64,000 nucleotides of DNA from Octopus vulgaris (Eukaryota), in contig OX597816.1 in the NCBI GenBank assembly GCA_951406725.2, forward strand, positions 133,920,001-133,984,000. The letters run 5' to 3'. A model generated the notes under the pieces. That model had not been told where the DNA came from. It did not search any database and saw nothing but the letters and a program-made list of their open reading frames with translations. This document shows, in pieces, positions 1-13,392 of the stretch (the first letter of the stretch is position 1; each line of letters begins with the position of its first letter). A program made the translations under genes and the position numbers.

Positions 1-99
1 GAAAAGTCAATTCAGAATTGGTATTTATAGGATGTTTTATAAGCAGGTAACTTGAATCTAAAAAATTAATTAGTGTTTCAAAAGTACAAAACATGTAAG

Positions 100-1120
100 A
101 GTGATTTTTTAGGTTAAGAGATTTAAATAGAAAGTTGGGCTTTGACAAAAGTATTCAGTCATTCATTCATAAAAGTTCAATATTACTGGAGTAGACAGTA
201 AACAACTTGGTTGAGCTCAGATGAGGCCTCTAAGCCTCACAGCAGAAGCTGGCTCAATGCAGTGTCACCACTCGCAACTGACACTCAGCTTCATAATGAC
301 TGTCTATGCAATGGTAATACCCTGAGGCTTGGCCTCCAGTTAACAATAGACTTAAATCTTTTTGTTTCTATATTTTCATGGCTTTGTCTGAAAGAGGATC
401 TATGCCCACAATCTTCACAAGTCCTCTGTGACTGATAAGATCAAAGCAGGTCATATTCAATTCGAACACCTTAGGTCAATGCCAGCAGGAACTGCATTGG
501 TGGGGAGGGAAAATGGTAATACTGCTTTAGGAAGCAAGGACTGAGTAAATGATTAGTTCAGGGTGTTGGTGGTTGAAACAGATTGGCTGACAACAGGAGA
601 GATGTTAGCTGATATTCAACCAATTAGTTTCAGGAGTAGTGTGGTAAATATAGAAAGTAGGAGACATCTTTTTGACTCAACTGAAAGCAAGAAATATCTT
701 TATATGTAACTTGAAAAAAACGTATGATGACTGTGTAAGAGTGCTGATATATCAGTGGAAGATGGCCTATGAATGCATAAAATGAACACTGATGGAACAG
801 GAATGAGTGAAGTATGACCTAGTGTAAGCATAAGTGTAAAGCGACCAAGGAAATAATTACTTATTAGGAATAAGAAATTCATGAGACATATCAGATTGTG
901 TGACTGTGATTGCTTGAGCAGACCTGTTGCATGGAGTAACAATGTAGTCAATTAGAATTTTAAAACTGTAACCCAGGGACTAAGCAGATAAGATCAGTTA
1001 GGGTCAAATTTCAAAATATGATCAACATTCAAGTCACATCTATGATTTAAAAAAAAAAAGGTTTTTAAACATGTTTAAAGATTTGAAATATGAGAACATA
1101 TTAACAAAAGGAGTTTCTAG
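100..1120 (-). mobile_element. Highly degenerate LINE (CR1/L2-like) endonuclease-region remnant
   Basis: Minus-strand fragment FILCIHRPSSTD resembles the APE-endonuclease xxxYRPP motif; many stops; boundaries approximate. Confidence 0.35.
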
Positions 1121-1132
1121 AGAAATAATCTA

Positions 1133-1357
1133 GAGCTGGCAGAAAAATTAGCACGTCGGGCGAAATGCTTAGTGGTATTTCATCTGCTGCTACATTCTGA
1201 GTTAAAATTCTGCCAAGGTCAACTTCGCCTTTCATCCTTTCAGGGTCAATAAATTAAGTACCAGTTATGCACTGGGGTCGATGCAATCGACTTAATCCCT
1301 TTGTCTGTCCTTGTTTATCCCCTCTATGTTTAGCCCCTTGTGGGCAATAAAGAAATA
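1133..1357 (+). mobile_element. SINE family B (Deu/Nin-like central domain)
   Basis: gagctggcagaa...gcctttcatcctttcagggtcaataaattaagtaccag...; approximate TSD agaaata(a)tcta. Related copies near 2885-3095, 5975-6150, 29100-29295, 32335-32460, 51310-51762 and 58860-59085. Confidence 0.8.
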
Positions 1358-1611
1358 AGAAATATCTATGTTGAGCAGATTGAGTGACGCAGAAAATATC
1401 TTGCTGGCCTGAGCTCAAATGTTCTGTAGTAAAATGGTGACAGTAGTCTGAGAAGATTTAAAAACAAATAAGATAATTGAAGAAGTGGTATTCAAGTTTG
1501 GAAAAGTAAAACAAATGGAATTAAAAACTTAATATAAACAGAGTTCATAACAATTTTAGCAGTTTAAATTTAGATTTTTAGTTTCGATTAAAGAATAATA
1601 ATAAAACATAC

Positions 1612-1698
1612 TTTGACAGTAGCTGCTAATCTGTTTGGTTTTAAATCAGGATCCACCATGGCTTCAGACATATCAATAATCAGAAACAAATGACGCAT
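1612..1698 (-). CDS. GTF2H2: TFIIH subunit 2 (p44), coding exon 3; gene continues beyond the left edge
   Basis: ttttgcag|ATG...AAA|gtatgt; 87 nt encoding MRHLFLIIDMSEAMVDPDLKPNRLAATVK, matching the p44 vWA start (human [24 protein letters not shown]). Confidence 0.93.
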
Positions 1699-1723
1699 CT
1701 GCAAAAAAAAAAAAAAAAAATTT

Positions 1724-1978
1724 ATCTTTTACTTTTTACTCACTTCAGTCATTAGACTGCGGTCATGCTGCGGAACTGCCCTGAAGAACTTTTACTTGAA
1801 TATATCATCCCCAGTACTTGCTTCTTTCAGTTTCTGTCCACCAAATCTACTCACAGGACCAAAGTTTTGGTTGGCTGAAGACTATAGTAGAAGACACTTG
1901 TTCAAGGTGACATGCAATAAGACTGAACCCAGAACCATGCAGTTGGGAAGCAAGCTTCTTACCACACAGCCATGCCTG
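1724..1978 (-). mobile_element. tRNA-derived SINE family A, internally deleted
   Basis: Reverse complement of the head (ggcatggctgtgtggtaagaagcttgcttcccaac) and tail found in the full copy at 23605-23980. Confidence 0.75.
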
Positions 1979-3659
1979 AAAAAATATTCTTTTAAAAACA
2001 GTTGTTTAATTTGAAAATGAGCATGTCACCAATGTGCTAATTTTCCAAAGAACGATCCTCTATATTGTCACCAGACATGCTAAAACTGAAGCCCAATCTC
2101 CTTCATACCACACACTGATATCTTTAAAAAAAAAAAAGGACACAGTGGATAATGTAATCCAAAATATACCCGTCATCATCCTCATCATTTTAATGTTCAC
2201 CATTCACCCATTTTAGTTGTCTTTTAGTAGTCAGCAGAGATAAGCTGTACTTATCCTACAAATCATGTACACATAGCAACTAAGATATGCACTACACTGT
2301 GTCTATATAAAAAAAAAAAGACAGGATGGTCTTATCTAGAAGGTCTTTAATTGTAGGTCAGCTAGATCAGGTGTCAGGCTGACTTAAGGTTAAACATCAA
2401 CCTTTCCAACATTAACACCTACATTATTAAAAGAAATCAGTAACTAAGAACAAAATGCATTTTTCTTCCACTGCTAAATCTTTAAAAATGTATTGTTTAA
2501 TAAAACTTAAAAATTCAACACTTGCTACAGTAGGAATAATAATACTTCATTACTTAATAATCAGCAAGTTTATTTTGTTTTATGAAGATGCAATATAACC
2601 AGAAAGTTTTATTTCTTCCTCATTTTCTTTTCCATTCTGTTATTTGTAACAATAATTACCTATCAATTCTAATTTTGATTTCTAACACGGCCAGCAAGTT
2701 ATTGGGAAGGGATGTAATCAGATCAACATGAACACTTAACACTTTATTTTATCTGCAGATGGATGAAAGGTGAACTTGAAGTTATTGGGATTTGAACTCA
2801 GAATGTAAAGAGCCATAGCTAAATATCATAGATACTTTGCCCAAAGCTCTAATGATTCTGCTAATCCACCATCCTACTAATATTGGTTTCAAATTTTGGC
2901 ACAAGGCCAGTAAGTTTGGAAGAGGTGTAAGTCGATTACTTCGACCCTAGTGCTCAATTGGTACTTATTTTATCAACCTAGAAAGGATGAAAGACAAAAT
3001 CGACCTTGGCAGAATTTGAACTCAGACTGTAAAGACAAATGAAATGCTGCTAAGCGTTTTACCAAGTGTGCTAATGATTCTGCCAGCTCATTACCTTGTT
3101 CAATTCTACAAATATTGAATTCTTATTAATTTGTAGAATATAAGTTAACCTTCAGAAGCACTGAAGTACTCTTCATTTAGCCTGTAAAGATATTGGAGCC
3201 GCCAATGTCAGCAGTTAGCTGAATATCTTACTTAAGAAGACAATATGAGGGAAGCTCTAACCAGCAAATCGCCCTCCACCATCTTGAAAAAGAGGAAAGC
3301 CATATTGGATATGTGCTTGAAAAAATATGGAATGGCTATGGTTGGAACGTCTTTCATTATAGGTTCACTGAATTAAGGCTTTGCGGTGCAGGAATAATGG
3401 TGACAAGTTGCTGTGATATTTAGGGAAAACTATTTTAAAGACTTTTGAAGTCAGTGTACAGCTCATCTATTTTATATTGGAATTTATCCTGCTAGGATTT
3501 AAATACAAACAACAACTGAAAAATGTAATCCCTTTCATATAATGTACTCAACATGTTAAGGTAAATGAAGACCTCAAGTTTAATCTGAAGGTGTATCAAA
3601 ATAAATATTATACAACACCTGTACTATTCAGATTAATAATAATAATAATTCATTAAGTA

Positions 3660-4110
3660 CTGAAGAATGATCTCCGGATGCTGAACCTTTCAGGCGAGAT
3701 GACAAAGGACCAAGATGCCTGGTGCCTTGCTGTACTCAAGAAGACTTGTACTCCAAAGCAGAAGTGTTAAGACATGTTTCTCTGGTAGTGAAAAGCACTC
3801 ATGATGGTGTCACATAAAAGTGCCTGTGTGGTGCCATGTAAAAGAACCTATACAGTGCCATGTGAAATGCACCCATGTAGTGTCACATAAAAGTGCCTGT
3901 GTGGTGCACATAAAAGCACTCAAGCAGTACAACGTAAAAGCGTCTGTGCAGTGCCACATAAAAGCACCCAGCACATTCTGTAAAGTGGTTGGACATCCAA
4001 CGATAGAAACAATGCCAAATCAGATTGGAGTTTGGTGTGGCTCCCCAGCTCTGGTCAAACCATTCAACCCATGCCAGCATGAACAACAGATGTTAAATGA
4101 TGATGATGAA
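3660..4110 (+). mobile_element. RTE-type LINE 3' fragment with (GAT)n tail
   Basis: Repeated gtgccatgtaaaagca units, then aacccatgccagcatg...gatgatgatga, shared with the RT-bearing copy at 25470-26443. Confidence 0.72.
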
Positions 4111-5636
4111 TTTCTAATTTTAGGCCAATACCTCAGATGTAGAGCTGATTAAACGTAATGAGAATGGACATGATACTATAGTTAAGAAGTTGATTCCACA
4201 GTCATGCGATTCTGGGTTTTATCACACTACACAGCATCTTGGGTAAATGTCCACTACTAAAGCCTCTGGCTGATCTAAGCTTTGTAAATGAAACTGGAAT
4301 AGACAGAACTCATGTGGAAGTCCACTGGAATACTTATACTCTTTTTAGGCGATGGATTTAGCAAATACTTGGACCAAATCTTCAGTCTGAGCACTTTTCT
4401 TCTTCCCATCAGTTTGGGAAATCCTGCAAAAAGGTCTTCCTTCTCAGACTTAATCTATAGAATTTATTTTTAAAAAAAATTATACATTATACATAAGCAC
4501 AGGTGTGGCTGTGAGGTAAGAAGTTTGCTTCCCAACCACATGGTCCTGGGTTCAGTTCCACTGTGTAAGTAGTAGGTTTCAAAAGTACTGGAGTTGATTA
4601 GTGTGACTAAATTCCTCAAGGTGGTACCCTAGCATGGCTGCAGTCTAAATAAGTAGAAAATTAAAGATTTATCACCCCTGGAAGATGAATAATAAGATAA
4701 TCCTCGTACAGTTTGAAATTAGATTGTAAAGTGTTATACTAAATACTGCAAATCTTTTAGTACACCATTTCATCCTTTCTGCTACTTAGCAAATAATTTC
4801 GAGCTAACCCTCACTAAAGTACTGATGGGTTGCTACGATTATTAAGACACACACAGTCATGTATTTAATATGGGTAATCACACAATTGCAGAATACTTAA
4901 TAGTATATTAAAAAACAGAAATCAATATCAAGGTAATCAAAAATATTTCCAGATGAAAACTGAAAAAAAAAAAAAAAAAATGGACCTACTGAAGGGAGAT
5001 AACTGATGTAACTATTATTTTAGCTTCAGGTCAGCCCTGATGGAGCAGACGTCTGATCAAAGATGTTCCTGCTTTGACCATTCCATCATTTTATATATCC
5101 ATGACCAAATTTTCCAATGTGTTCTTACTCTTCTTATGATGGTAGATATGAGCTGAGGAGATTTTACTATTTCTCTGATCGAATGATTATGTAGAGGCTT
5201 CAACGACTTGTAAAATATGTTAAATGTCTCGATTTGTAACATTCATATTAATAACCCTATTAACAACATCAGTGTCATACAATTCAGTTTAAAAGTTATC
5301 ATACTGAGACCTAGTTTAAATAGCTTTGTATCATTTCAGCTGTTAAATTACTTATCTATAAGACTGAATCCATCAAATAATTAGTACAAAGTTATAGAGT
5401 ACAGTCAATCTAAATTAAAATATTTGACTTATTTATCAACCCACAAAGGAATAAAAAACAAAGTCACCCTCAGTAAGATTTGAATACAGAATGTAAAGAG
5501 TTGTAACTAAATATTCCAAAGTATTTTTCCAGTTCTGTAGTGACTCTTCTAGGCCACTATCTAGAATTTATATCAATAAGTTATGAATAAACGAAAATTT
5601 ATTTCAAATTATATTGAAAATTACAAGTTGACTTAC

Positions 5637-5751
5637 CATACCAAGACGAACATTACTAATACGCTCCAATAAGCGCCGACGCTTCGTTTTCTGGGTAATC
5701 TCAGCAACACTAGCTTGTAGTGAACCTGCTTCATCTTCTTTTATAGCTTCC
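5637..5751 (-). CDS. GTF2H2: TFIIH subunit 2 (p44), coding exon 2
   Basis: tttacag|G...ATG|gtaagt; 115 nt, (W)EAIKEDEAGSLQASVAEITQKTKRRRLLERISNVRLGM; phase fits both neighbouring exons. Confidence 0.93.
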
Positions 5752-6756
5752 CTGTAAATTATAAAGTCTGTTTGTAACTTGGTTCATTAAATTAAAATTT
5801 TAATTTCTTTATGAAATTATCATTTTCTGTTTACTTCTAGTTTCCAAGAAATATGTTTAATGTAGGATATAACAGCCATCTTTCATACAGCAGGTGGTCA
5901 TAAAGCCATTTTTTTGACAAATCATAGTCTTTACTCAAGCACTACCTGGATCTGGTTAGTCCTACATTTAACAAAAGTTTCAAATAGTGGTACAAGGCCA
6001 GCAAGTCCATGGCTACATCAACCCCAGTGTTTAAGTGGTGCTTATTTTACAAAGTCAACCATGGCAGATTTGAGCTCAGAATGTGAAGATGGAAAAAATG
6101 CAACTAAGCCTTCAGTCTGACACGCTAACAATTCTGCCAGCTTGCTGCCTTAGTTTTACACTTAATGTAGATATCTAAAGATTGAAATATATTCCAGACT
6201 CAGCCATTTTGTCTACATGTTCAGAATCGTTTCATTCATTATCTGTTATTTGAAGTGTACTACTGGCACTTGTATTGCTCTTATTGAATGGAATCTATCA
6301 AATTGCTAATCAAATACTCAAAAACACTTTCATGCATATTCCTTAAACTGTCAAGTGAAGGCAGGAGCAGGCATACCATTTCACACATACTCTTTTGATT
6401 CATTTTGATACAATATCATTATTCAAAATATTTCATGTTTCTTGTTTTTTTGGCAAATTATTTAACTGCCTCTCTGCAAGTAAGATCAGCTTGTTGTTTA
6501 ACTTTTGTTTATGAAAATTTTCCAAGCAAGCTGTCTATCAATTATAGTCTATCACTGCTGTGCTCTTATTTTACTTATGCTCTGTAAGTAAAACTGACCA
6601 GTGGTTCCTTTCATTAATCATTAATATTGGAGATACAGGAACAAGATGTTTTTGAGGATCTTTTTAAAGAACTAGTTCCTCTATGAAATTTAGAATTAAT
6701 ACTTATCAAATATTATGGCTATTAGGCAATTTCATAACAAAAAACTCTGTACTAAC

Positions 6757-6812
6757 CATGTACGTTCATATGCCGTTTCCCAACGGTAAAGGTTCTCGTC
6801 GTCATCAGCCAT
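6757..6812 (-). CDS. GTF2H2: TFIIH subunit 2 (p44), first coding exon (whole exon about 6757-6835)
   Basis: ATG at 6812-6810; MADDDENLYRWETAYERT(W) matches the p44 N-terminal RWExxYERTWE motif; donor gttagt; acceptor tttctatag at 6836. Confidence 0.93.
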
Positions 6813-9588
6813 GTTGTGTAATTTTTCCCCACTACCTATAGAAATCAAATTGGAAGGATAAGCATAAACATATTCAAATGTACAATATACAAATTTAGCA
6901 AAGTGTTTCAATCAGTGGTAAGCTACCAAAATTTGAGCAAAATTACTTAGCAAGAAAAATTTTAATCATTAGTTTATAAAGATTCTAGATTCAACAATAA
7001 AATATTTCTTCTTTAATATAAAATGAATATAGGGTAAATATGAAAATACAAGAAAACTGGTGATGAACTGTGTCAGGTAAAAATCAGTCAATACAATCTT
7101 TGGAAGATTAGTAAAGTTTATTTGCTATGAGGATTGTAATATAATAATATTTCTTTATTTTGGTCTTTCATCTGAAGAAAGGAACCAAGTCAAAATTGAA
7201 AAGTGAAGAGAGGAATTGTCATGGTATGAGATGAGGAGATAAGGAGGCCAAAAATTTGACCGGTATGTAAATATATCCCTCACACAATGGCAAAAAGATA
7301 CAGATAAGGTAACAGGATGAAGTATTGTAGCGAGAAGGTGAGTAGGCAGGTAAATAAGCACAGTACATCAACACATCAACACCCTTGCTATTTTTAGTTT
7401 GATAAAAAAATTTTATTTTAAAATTCCCCACCTCATGTATTTCTCAATTTCACTCCCCCAGCTCTTTAAATAACCTGTCAGCAACCTTACTTTTATTCGA
7501 CTATCAGAGCTTTCTTCCCTAGGAAAATAAATACGACTCACACTATTCTTCAAAGGTAAACGATTATAAATTTCTTTTTAGTTGCTTACTTAGAGGAGAG
7601 TGCCAGGAAGAAATCACCTTCAGACTAAAGATCTGGCTTGAAAACCTACAATGGAGTGGTCATAGTTAAAGATATGGTTAGGTGTTGGTGTTAAACTTGG
7701 ACATAAAGTTTGTTATATTTAATTGGCAAAGATAAAGAAGTGAGTAGCTAAGTTTCAAGACTTTCATCAGCTAAGAAATTGTGTTCCCACACCAATTTAT
7801 AGCAGGATTTGGGATCAGTACTACAATAAAACGTCAATTATATTATACTTTATTGCTTATAGCAATAAGCTATGCTTCTCTACATCATACTTAATTTATA
7901 ACCAGGTGGAGTGGATCACTAAAAATTAGTTGGATGTAGAATATTATTAGCAATATTGCCAAATAAATGATTCAACAAGATGCTGCAAGTTTTTGTGCAT
8001 ACTGAAGATGTTGAAACAAAACTGCAACATTAATCCTTCAATTACGTCCCTCTCCACTCATTTATCCAACTCACAAGTGATGCAATTACATCCTGCTGCA
8101 GATGTTTGTTGTTTCAGGGCAAGATATTTAATTCCATTTCTCTTTAAATCACTAAGATTAATTTGTGAAGTGATGAACAAGAGAGGAAAAAAGGGAAAGA
8201 AAAGTCAGTGTTAATATATTAAATCTAGTGATGTATCAAAAATCTAATTATTTTCCACATTTTGGCAAATACGGGAGACAACTACCTGCTAGAGTCTAGT
8301 GCTATATTCAAGAGGAAACAATTGCTTCATATTTGTTAAATATTACAGAAACTGGAGTTGCCAACCAACTCTAGATCTTTGTTTATCTAAAAATCAAATT
8401 ATATATTTCTAGTCATCAGGTTCTGCAAATTGATAAATAATGCACAGATGATATAATGATATGGCTGTTTACCAGCACCAAACTTTGAATGAAGAGTTTT
8501 TAACGAGCAGAGATTTTTTTTGCAGAAACGAGAAAAAGTGTGTTGGAAAAGAGTAAAGTTAAGGAATCAAAGAAGAAAATGAAAAAAACAAAAACTGGGT
8601 AGAAGACTCGACGTTTTCCAACTTCATTAATAACCTTTCTACAATTTTTTTCATTTCTTAGAGGGTTTATGACACATGGAGTGTATTTTATTTTACTAAT
8701 TTTTGTCTTTTGTTAACGCAATCACTTATTTCAAAATATTTTTCCTTCAGTTTACAAAGACTCTAACACTAAAATTTTAAATAATCGAAGAAATCAGGGT
8801 TAAAGGTAGCTTTTTCTATGGACAAAACTAATTTTGTAAAGAGAGGAAATACTTCTGAATGATTTTTCGACGACAGATTAAAGGCATAATCATTCGTATC
8901 CGTAAAGGAATACAGAATAAAATCTGATTATATAGCCTGCATTAAATCTCTAGAGAAAATTAAAATTAGATCATATAGCTTGCGTTAGATCTCTGGAGAA
9001 ATTACAGTAAACGACAACAACAGACGTATCATAAATTAAAAATAAATAAAACTTTTACAGTCATTTTCCAAGTTGTATCCTCGTAGTATTGTTTGCGTGA
9101 GTGGCATCTCAGTGTTTTAGTTTTATCTCTTGTAATTTATACTTATAAACTCGAAGATAATAATAATGTAAATTTTGAATAATGTATATTACCATTATTT
9201 CAGAGAGAAAATACAACAACAGTAAAAATGAAAATAAAGATCAGAAAATTTTAGTTAATTACTTCGTTATTATTGTCCTGGATGCATCTTTACTTCTCGT
9301 GCCGACAACCAGCATGGACTAATAGCATTATTCTTAGCCACATATACTTACTACTATAGGTGTAAGGTGTACAGCGCTCGAGATTTATTTTTAAAAGCGC
9401 CAAAATAATTATTTAAATAACTGAAGGAAGTAAAAAATTTTCTACTGCAACAAAAACTTAGATCAAATCTCTTTTAGAGTTTTACAATGTATTAGAATAA
9501 TATAATCTAAATTACTCTGATAAAGAAATATATTATTGTTTTTGTTTTATTAAAACCCTAGTATAAAATTTAAACAAAACACTCTTAC

Positions 9589-9867
9589 CATTCTTTTAAT
9601 AATGGATACTGAGCTTTGAATTAGCTTACGAAGGGCAGTTTTAATTTAATCGGTATATGTATAGCTCTGTATGAATGCCGTTGTGGTGTTTCGGCCATGA
9701 GTACCGTCAGATAAAGTGTTTTCCAAAAGGGACGTCTGCTTCTATTCTATCTTCGACTGCTATGTCCCCTCTGTCATTGCTTTGGTTCTGATGCGATTAC
9801 TTTTTGCTCGATAGTTGTTTTTTCTTGACTTTTTATTTGTTATCCATGATATAGTGCAAATTTTACA
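9589..9867. promoter_or_regulatory. Probable bidirectional promoter and 5'UTRs of GTF2H2 and OPA1
   Basis: Minus-strand donor ATG|gtaaga at 9589/9588 and OPA1 ATG at 9868. The region is repeat-free and visibly richer in CpG than the introns. Transcription starts cannot be seen directly. Confidence 0.6.
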
Positions 9868-9896
9868 ATGATGCATTTATTGCGAGGCCATTTCGG
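9868..9896 (+). CDS. OPA1: OPA1 exon 1
   Basis: MMHLLRGHF(G)|gtgagt, phase 2, joins exon 2 in frame; human exon 1 is also short and ends in phase 2. Confidence 0.8.
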
Positions 9897-11299
9897 GTGA
9901 GTGTATTTATAGCTTTTTCTGTAAATCTCCGGTTTTTTAAAGAATAATCTTTAATTTTTATATAATCTCAAATCTGCATTGCTTAGCTGGTAACTTATAA
10001 AACACTACTTTCCATATAATGCATTTAAATCTGTAAGGTTTGTAAGTACGTTATTTTTATATCAACCTTTAATGTCTTTGGAAAGGTCAAACGCTTTCTT
10101 CGAAAAGGAAAGCATACAGAATGTACTTTCAAAATCCATTCTAATTCAGATTATTTTATTCATTCTTGACTATTATTATTCTTTAATGTAAAAGAGGGGG
10201 ATTTAATCTCATTAACTGTTATAATCCATTTGCTTGTCACTCGAACAATTATGAAGTATATTATGTATCTCTGACCGTGACTCCTAAGATTTACCCAATG
10301 CTATCTATATTTAGCCTAAACGAATTAAACTTAAATTTATTTATTGACTTTGTAGGTTTTTTTTGTTTTTTTTGCACATTAGTGAAGTGTATGATATGAA
10401 TTTACATTTCATTCAACACAATTACAACTCATCGCATGGTAACTCTGAAATCTGGATTTTTCGTATCTGCAGCAGACATACTTTCAGTGTAACATACATT
10501 TACTTCATTCAGTCTTTTTATTTAATTAAAAGAAAACGTAATATGCGTGTGTATTTGTCTTAAACGTTGTCAGCTGTTCTGAGATATGAAATAGACAATG
10601 ATTTATCATATGGTCCAAAAGTTCTCTTCTGCTCTTAGATATGAAATAGACAACACTAATTTATATCACATTGACTCCGGAACTGTTTGATGGTCATATC
10701 TTCCTCAAACAATTACGAATTTAAGACTCGGATAATATGTTGCAGAATTTTCTAATTCTTGTTATCTTCAATGATTGCGAATTAGTGGGGCTAAGTGTAA
10801 TTCCTGGTTACTGATATTTATTGTTATGTCATTTTTTCTCCGTATGATTTCAAATGATTTTCTTTCTCCACGTTAGGAGAGATATACTGACTACACCCCA
10901 ATTTCAGATAAGCAAAATATCTTGTCATAAAAATTGAAACGTTTCAGATATTTGAATTTTTCCTCCCTTTTTCATATCTACATTCTTAATCATTTTTAAG
11001 AATGCCTTAGCTCATTTGAGAAGATTAATACATTTTCACTTTTGGCATTAGCAATCTACATTGATTTTTAAAAATTTTTATTTATTTATTTTTTGCATGC
11101 TTCATGCTGTTCTGTAGTATTTTATTCGAAGTAATCAAATTTCTCTGATTACTTCAAATTAATTTTTACTCCTTGCTCCAAACTGGTTTGGGTTAACAAA
11201 TAGGTTTCATTTCTAATCAAGTTTGTGACATCCATTCTAAGTAGATATCTTTTTTTTTTTTATTTTGTGGTTTATCTGAGAATACGATGCTGTCCTTGT

Positions 11300-13380
11300 T
11301 CGATGGATGTCAATATACTAAAAAATGTTTTATAAGTTAATCGGAGGATCAGCTGTCTCCATTTTACTTAACAGGTTCATTGAGGCTAGTGAGATTGAAA
11401 CAGTGGATGTTCTGCTTCAATATCTGTATATCGACGCCTGGGTGGGGCAGGAGTTCCAGAGGATTGAACTTCTCGATGGCAGGAAGGATTGGGAAAAATG
11501 TTTAGTATGGGATGTAGATGAGAGAGAGATAGTGTATGATGTTACGAGTGAAGTTAGATTGGTTTGGGTCTAGAAAATATGCTGCTAGGTAATACAGAGG
11601 ACCATTATAGAAATGCAAGAGGTAGATGGAAGAAGTGATGCATCTGTGAGCTGGTGATTAAAATGTGTTGGTTATTGACTCTGACAATTAATCAAGTGGT
11701 CTTCATTAGGATCGGCCTTGGAATCTTATGTGCATAGCACAATGCTGTCCAAAAGCAATTACTTTCAGGATATAGGTTAGTAGTTGGATGAAACACATGG
11801 ACTGATAAGATTTTTGATCAGCCAAAATGCAGAATGAACGTCAAAAAACTCTTTATGAGACAGAGTTAGTGAACTGTTGAGTCAGTGTTTGGGAGACTGA
11901 AATATTTAGCAGTGATGAGGGGAAATAAAACTGGTGGACTTAAGTAGTTTATAAGCAGCGATTGCAGGAAAGTAAAGACAAATGAAGAATACCACTCAGG
12001 AGTAGGAATGTGGTTGAGGAGTATTGACATTTTCTTGGATTTAGTCCCAAATGCTTGCATGTGTAATGTTACCAATAAATAATAACTTAAGAAGATTTCT
12101 AATTTGTATACTGTTAGTATTGGCTCAAGAATGAATCTAAAAGTCTCGAGGGCAAGGGTGTATTGGTATGATTTGAGAAAATTTTCTAGTGGATATGTAC
12201 TGCAAGAAACTGGAGAAAGATTGAATGTTATAGTTTAGTTGCTTATAGCATCAGAGAATTTTCTCTTTTTAAATAGGGGTATTATATTAAATACCTGCAA
12301 AGATAGGGCCCAGTTGGAATTATACTTGTTTACAGAACCCTTTCATTTCGGGTGAGGCAGAATATTTAAATGATATTCTTTGAGGTAAATACTAACATAG
12401 CTACAGTTAAGGATGAATTTTAAAAAATGATATACTGCACAGCAGCATCTTGTTTCCTCTTCAATGTCATATGTTAAGCATTTCATTTGCAGATCAAAAC
12501 TTGCAGCTTGTAACGGTTGGTCAGCAGAATTGTTAACGCTACTTCCCTTCCTGAAGAGGATTGTCCTGCAAGAGCCTGTGCTGGTGCCATATAAAAGCAC
12601 AGCTGCTATCAACCATGCTGGTGCCATGTAAAAAGCACCCAGCATTCTCTGTAAAGTTGTTGGTGTTAGGAAAGGAATCCAACCTTAGAAACCAAACCAA
12701 ATCAGACTGGAACCTAGTGCAGTTCTGCTTTCCAGCTCTGGTCAAACTGTCCAAATCCATGCCAGCATGGAAAACAGATGAATGATGGTGATGATGACTG
12801 TAGGATGTATTTTTTAATGTACAGCTGCACTACAGCATCCATGTAAACTGTTTTTAAGAGGCTGGAGTATGGGCTTTGATATTGATTTCTTAAGTTAGGA
12901 GAAAGTTTCTGTCACTCATTTAGTTGCAAAGTCAGAAATAACATATTTTCTGCCATTAGTGAGTAGTTGATCTATTAGAGGCCTGATCAATTTATCGATT
13001 CTGCTCTTTAGAGGAGCCGAAGATATTAGGCAATATTTTGACGTGAAGTAATATGCATTGAGGAAACCAATGATCAGACAATGGAGACACCAGAACAGAG
13101 GCTAAGTTTGGAAGATCAAAGTGGTGTATTTGGAGAGAAAATGGGTCAGTCCATGATTTATATTAAAGAGCAGATTAGCTAGTGTAAAGTGTTCAGAATA
13201 ACCAGATTGGGTGAATTAAAATAAAGACTAGAGACTTTGCTGTTGAAATCATTGGTGTTCACAGTGAAGACTCTTGATGTGAATGTCCTCAATATAGAGC
13301 AGAAGAGTTGAGTAACTCTTGATTGTTAGGTAAATTCATAGAATATTAAAGGCAGTATAAGAAGTAAACAAGTTAAGCAG
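11300..13380 (-). mobile_element. Degenerate CR1/L2-like LINE, interrupted by a plus-strand RTE tail at about 12575-12797
   Basis: Decayed RT-like text near 12300-12360 and a composition distinct from intron background; boundaries approximate. Confidence 0.4.
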
Positions 13381-13392
13381 TAACAACTTCAA

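Noticed and set aside
3795-3970. Spaced short repeats (gtgccatgtaaaagca-like) resembling a CRISPR array
   Set aside because: Degenerate roughly 25-bp tandem units in an RTE 3'UTR of a eukaryote; no unique spacers or cas genes.
7745-7775. Minus-strand CTGATGA-aagtctt-GAAA, a possible third hammerhead
   Set aside because: Stem II is too short, no NUH triplet is in register with stem I, and I see no flanking inverted repeat.
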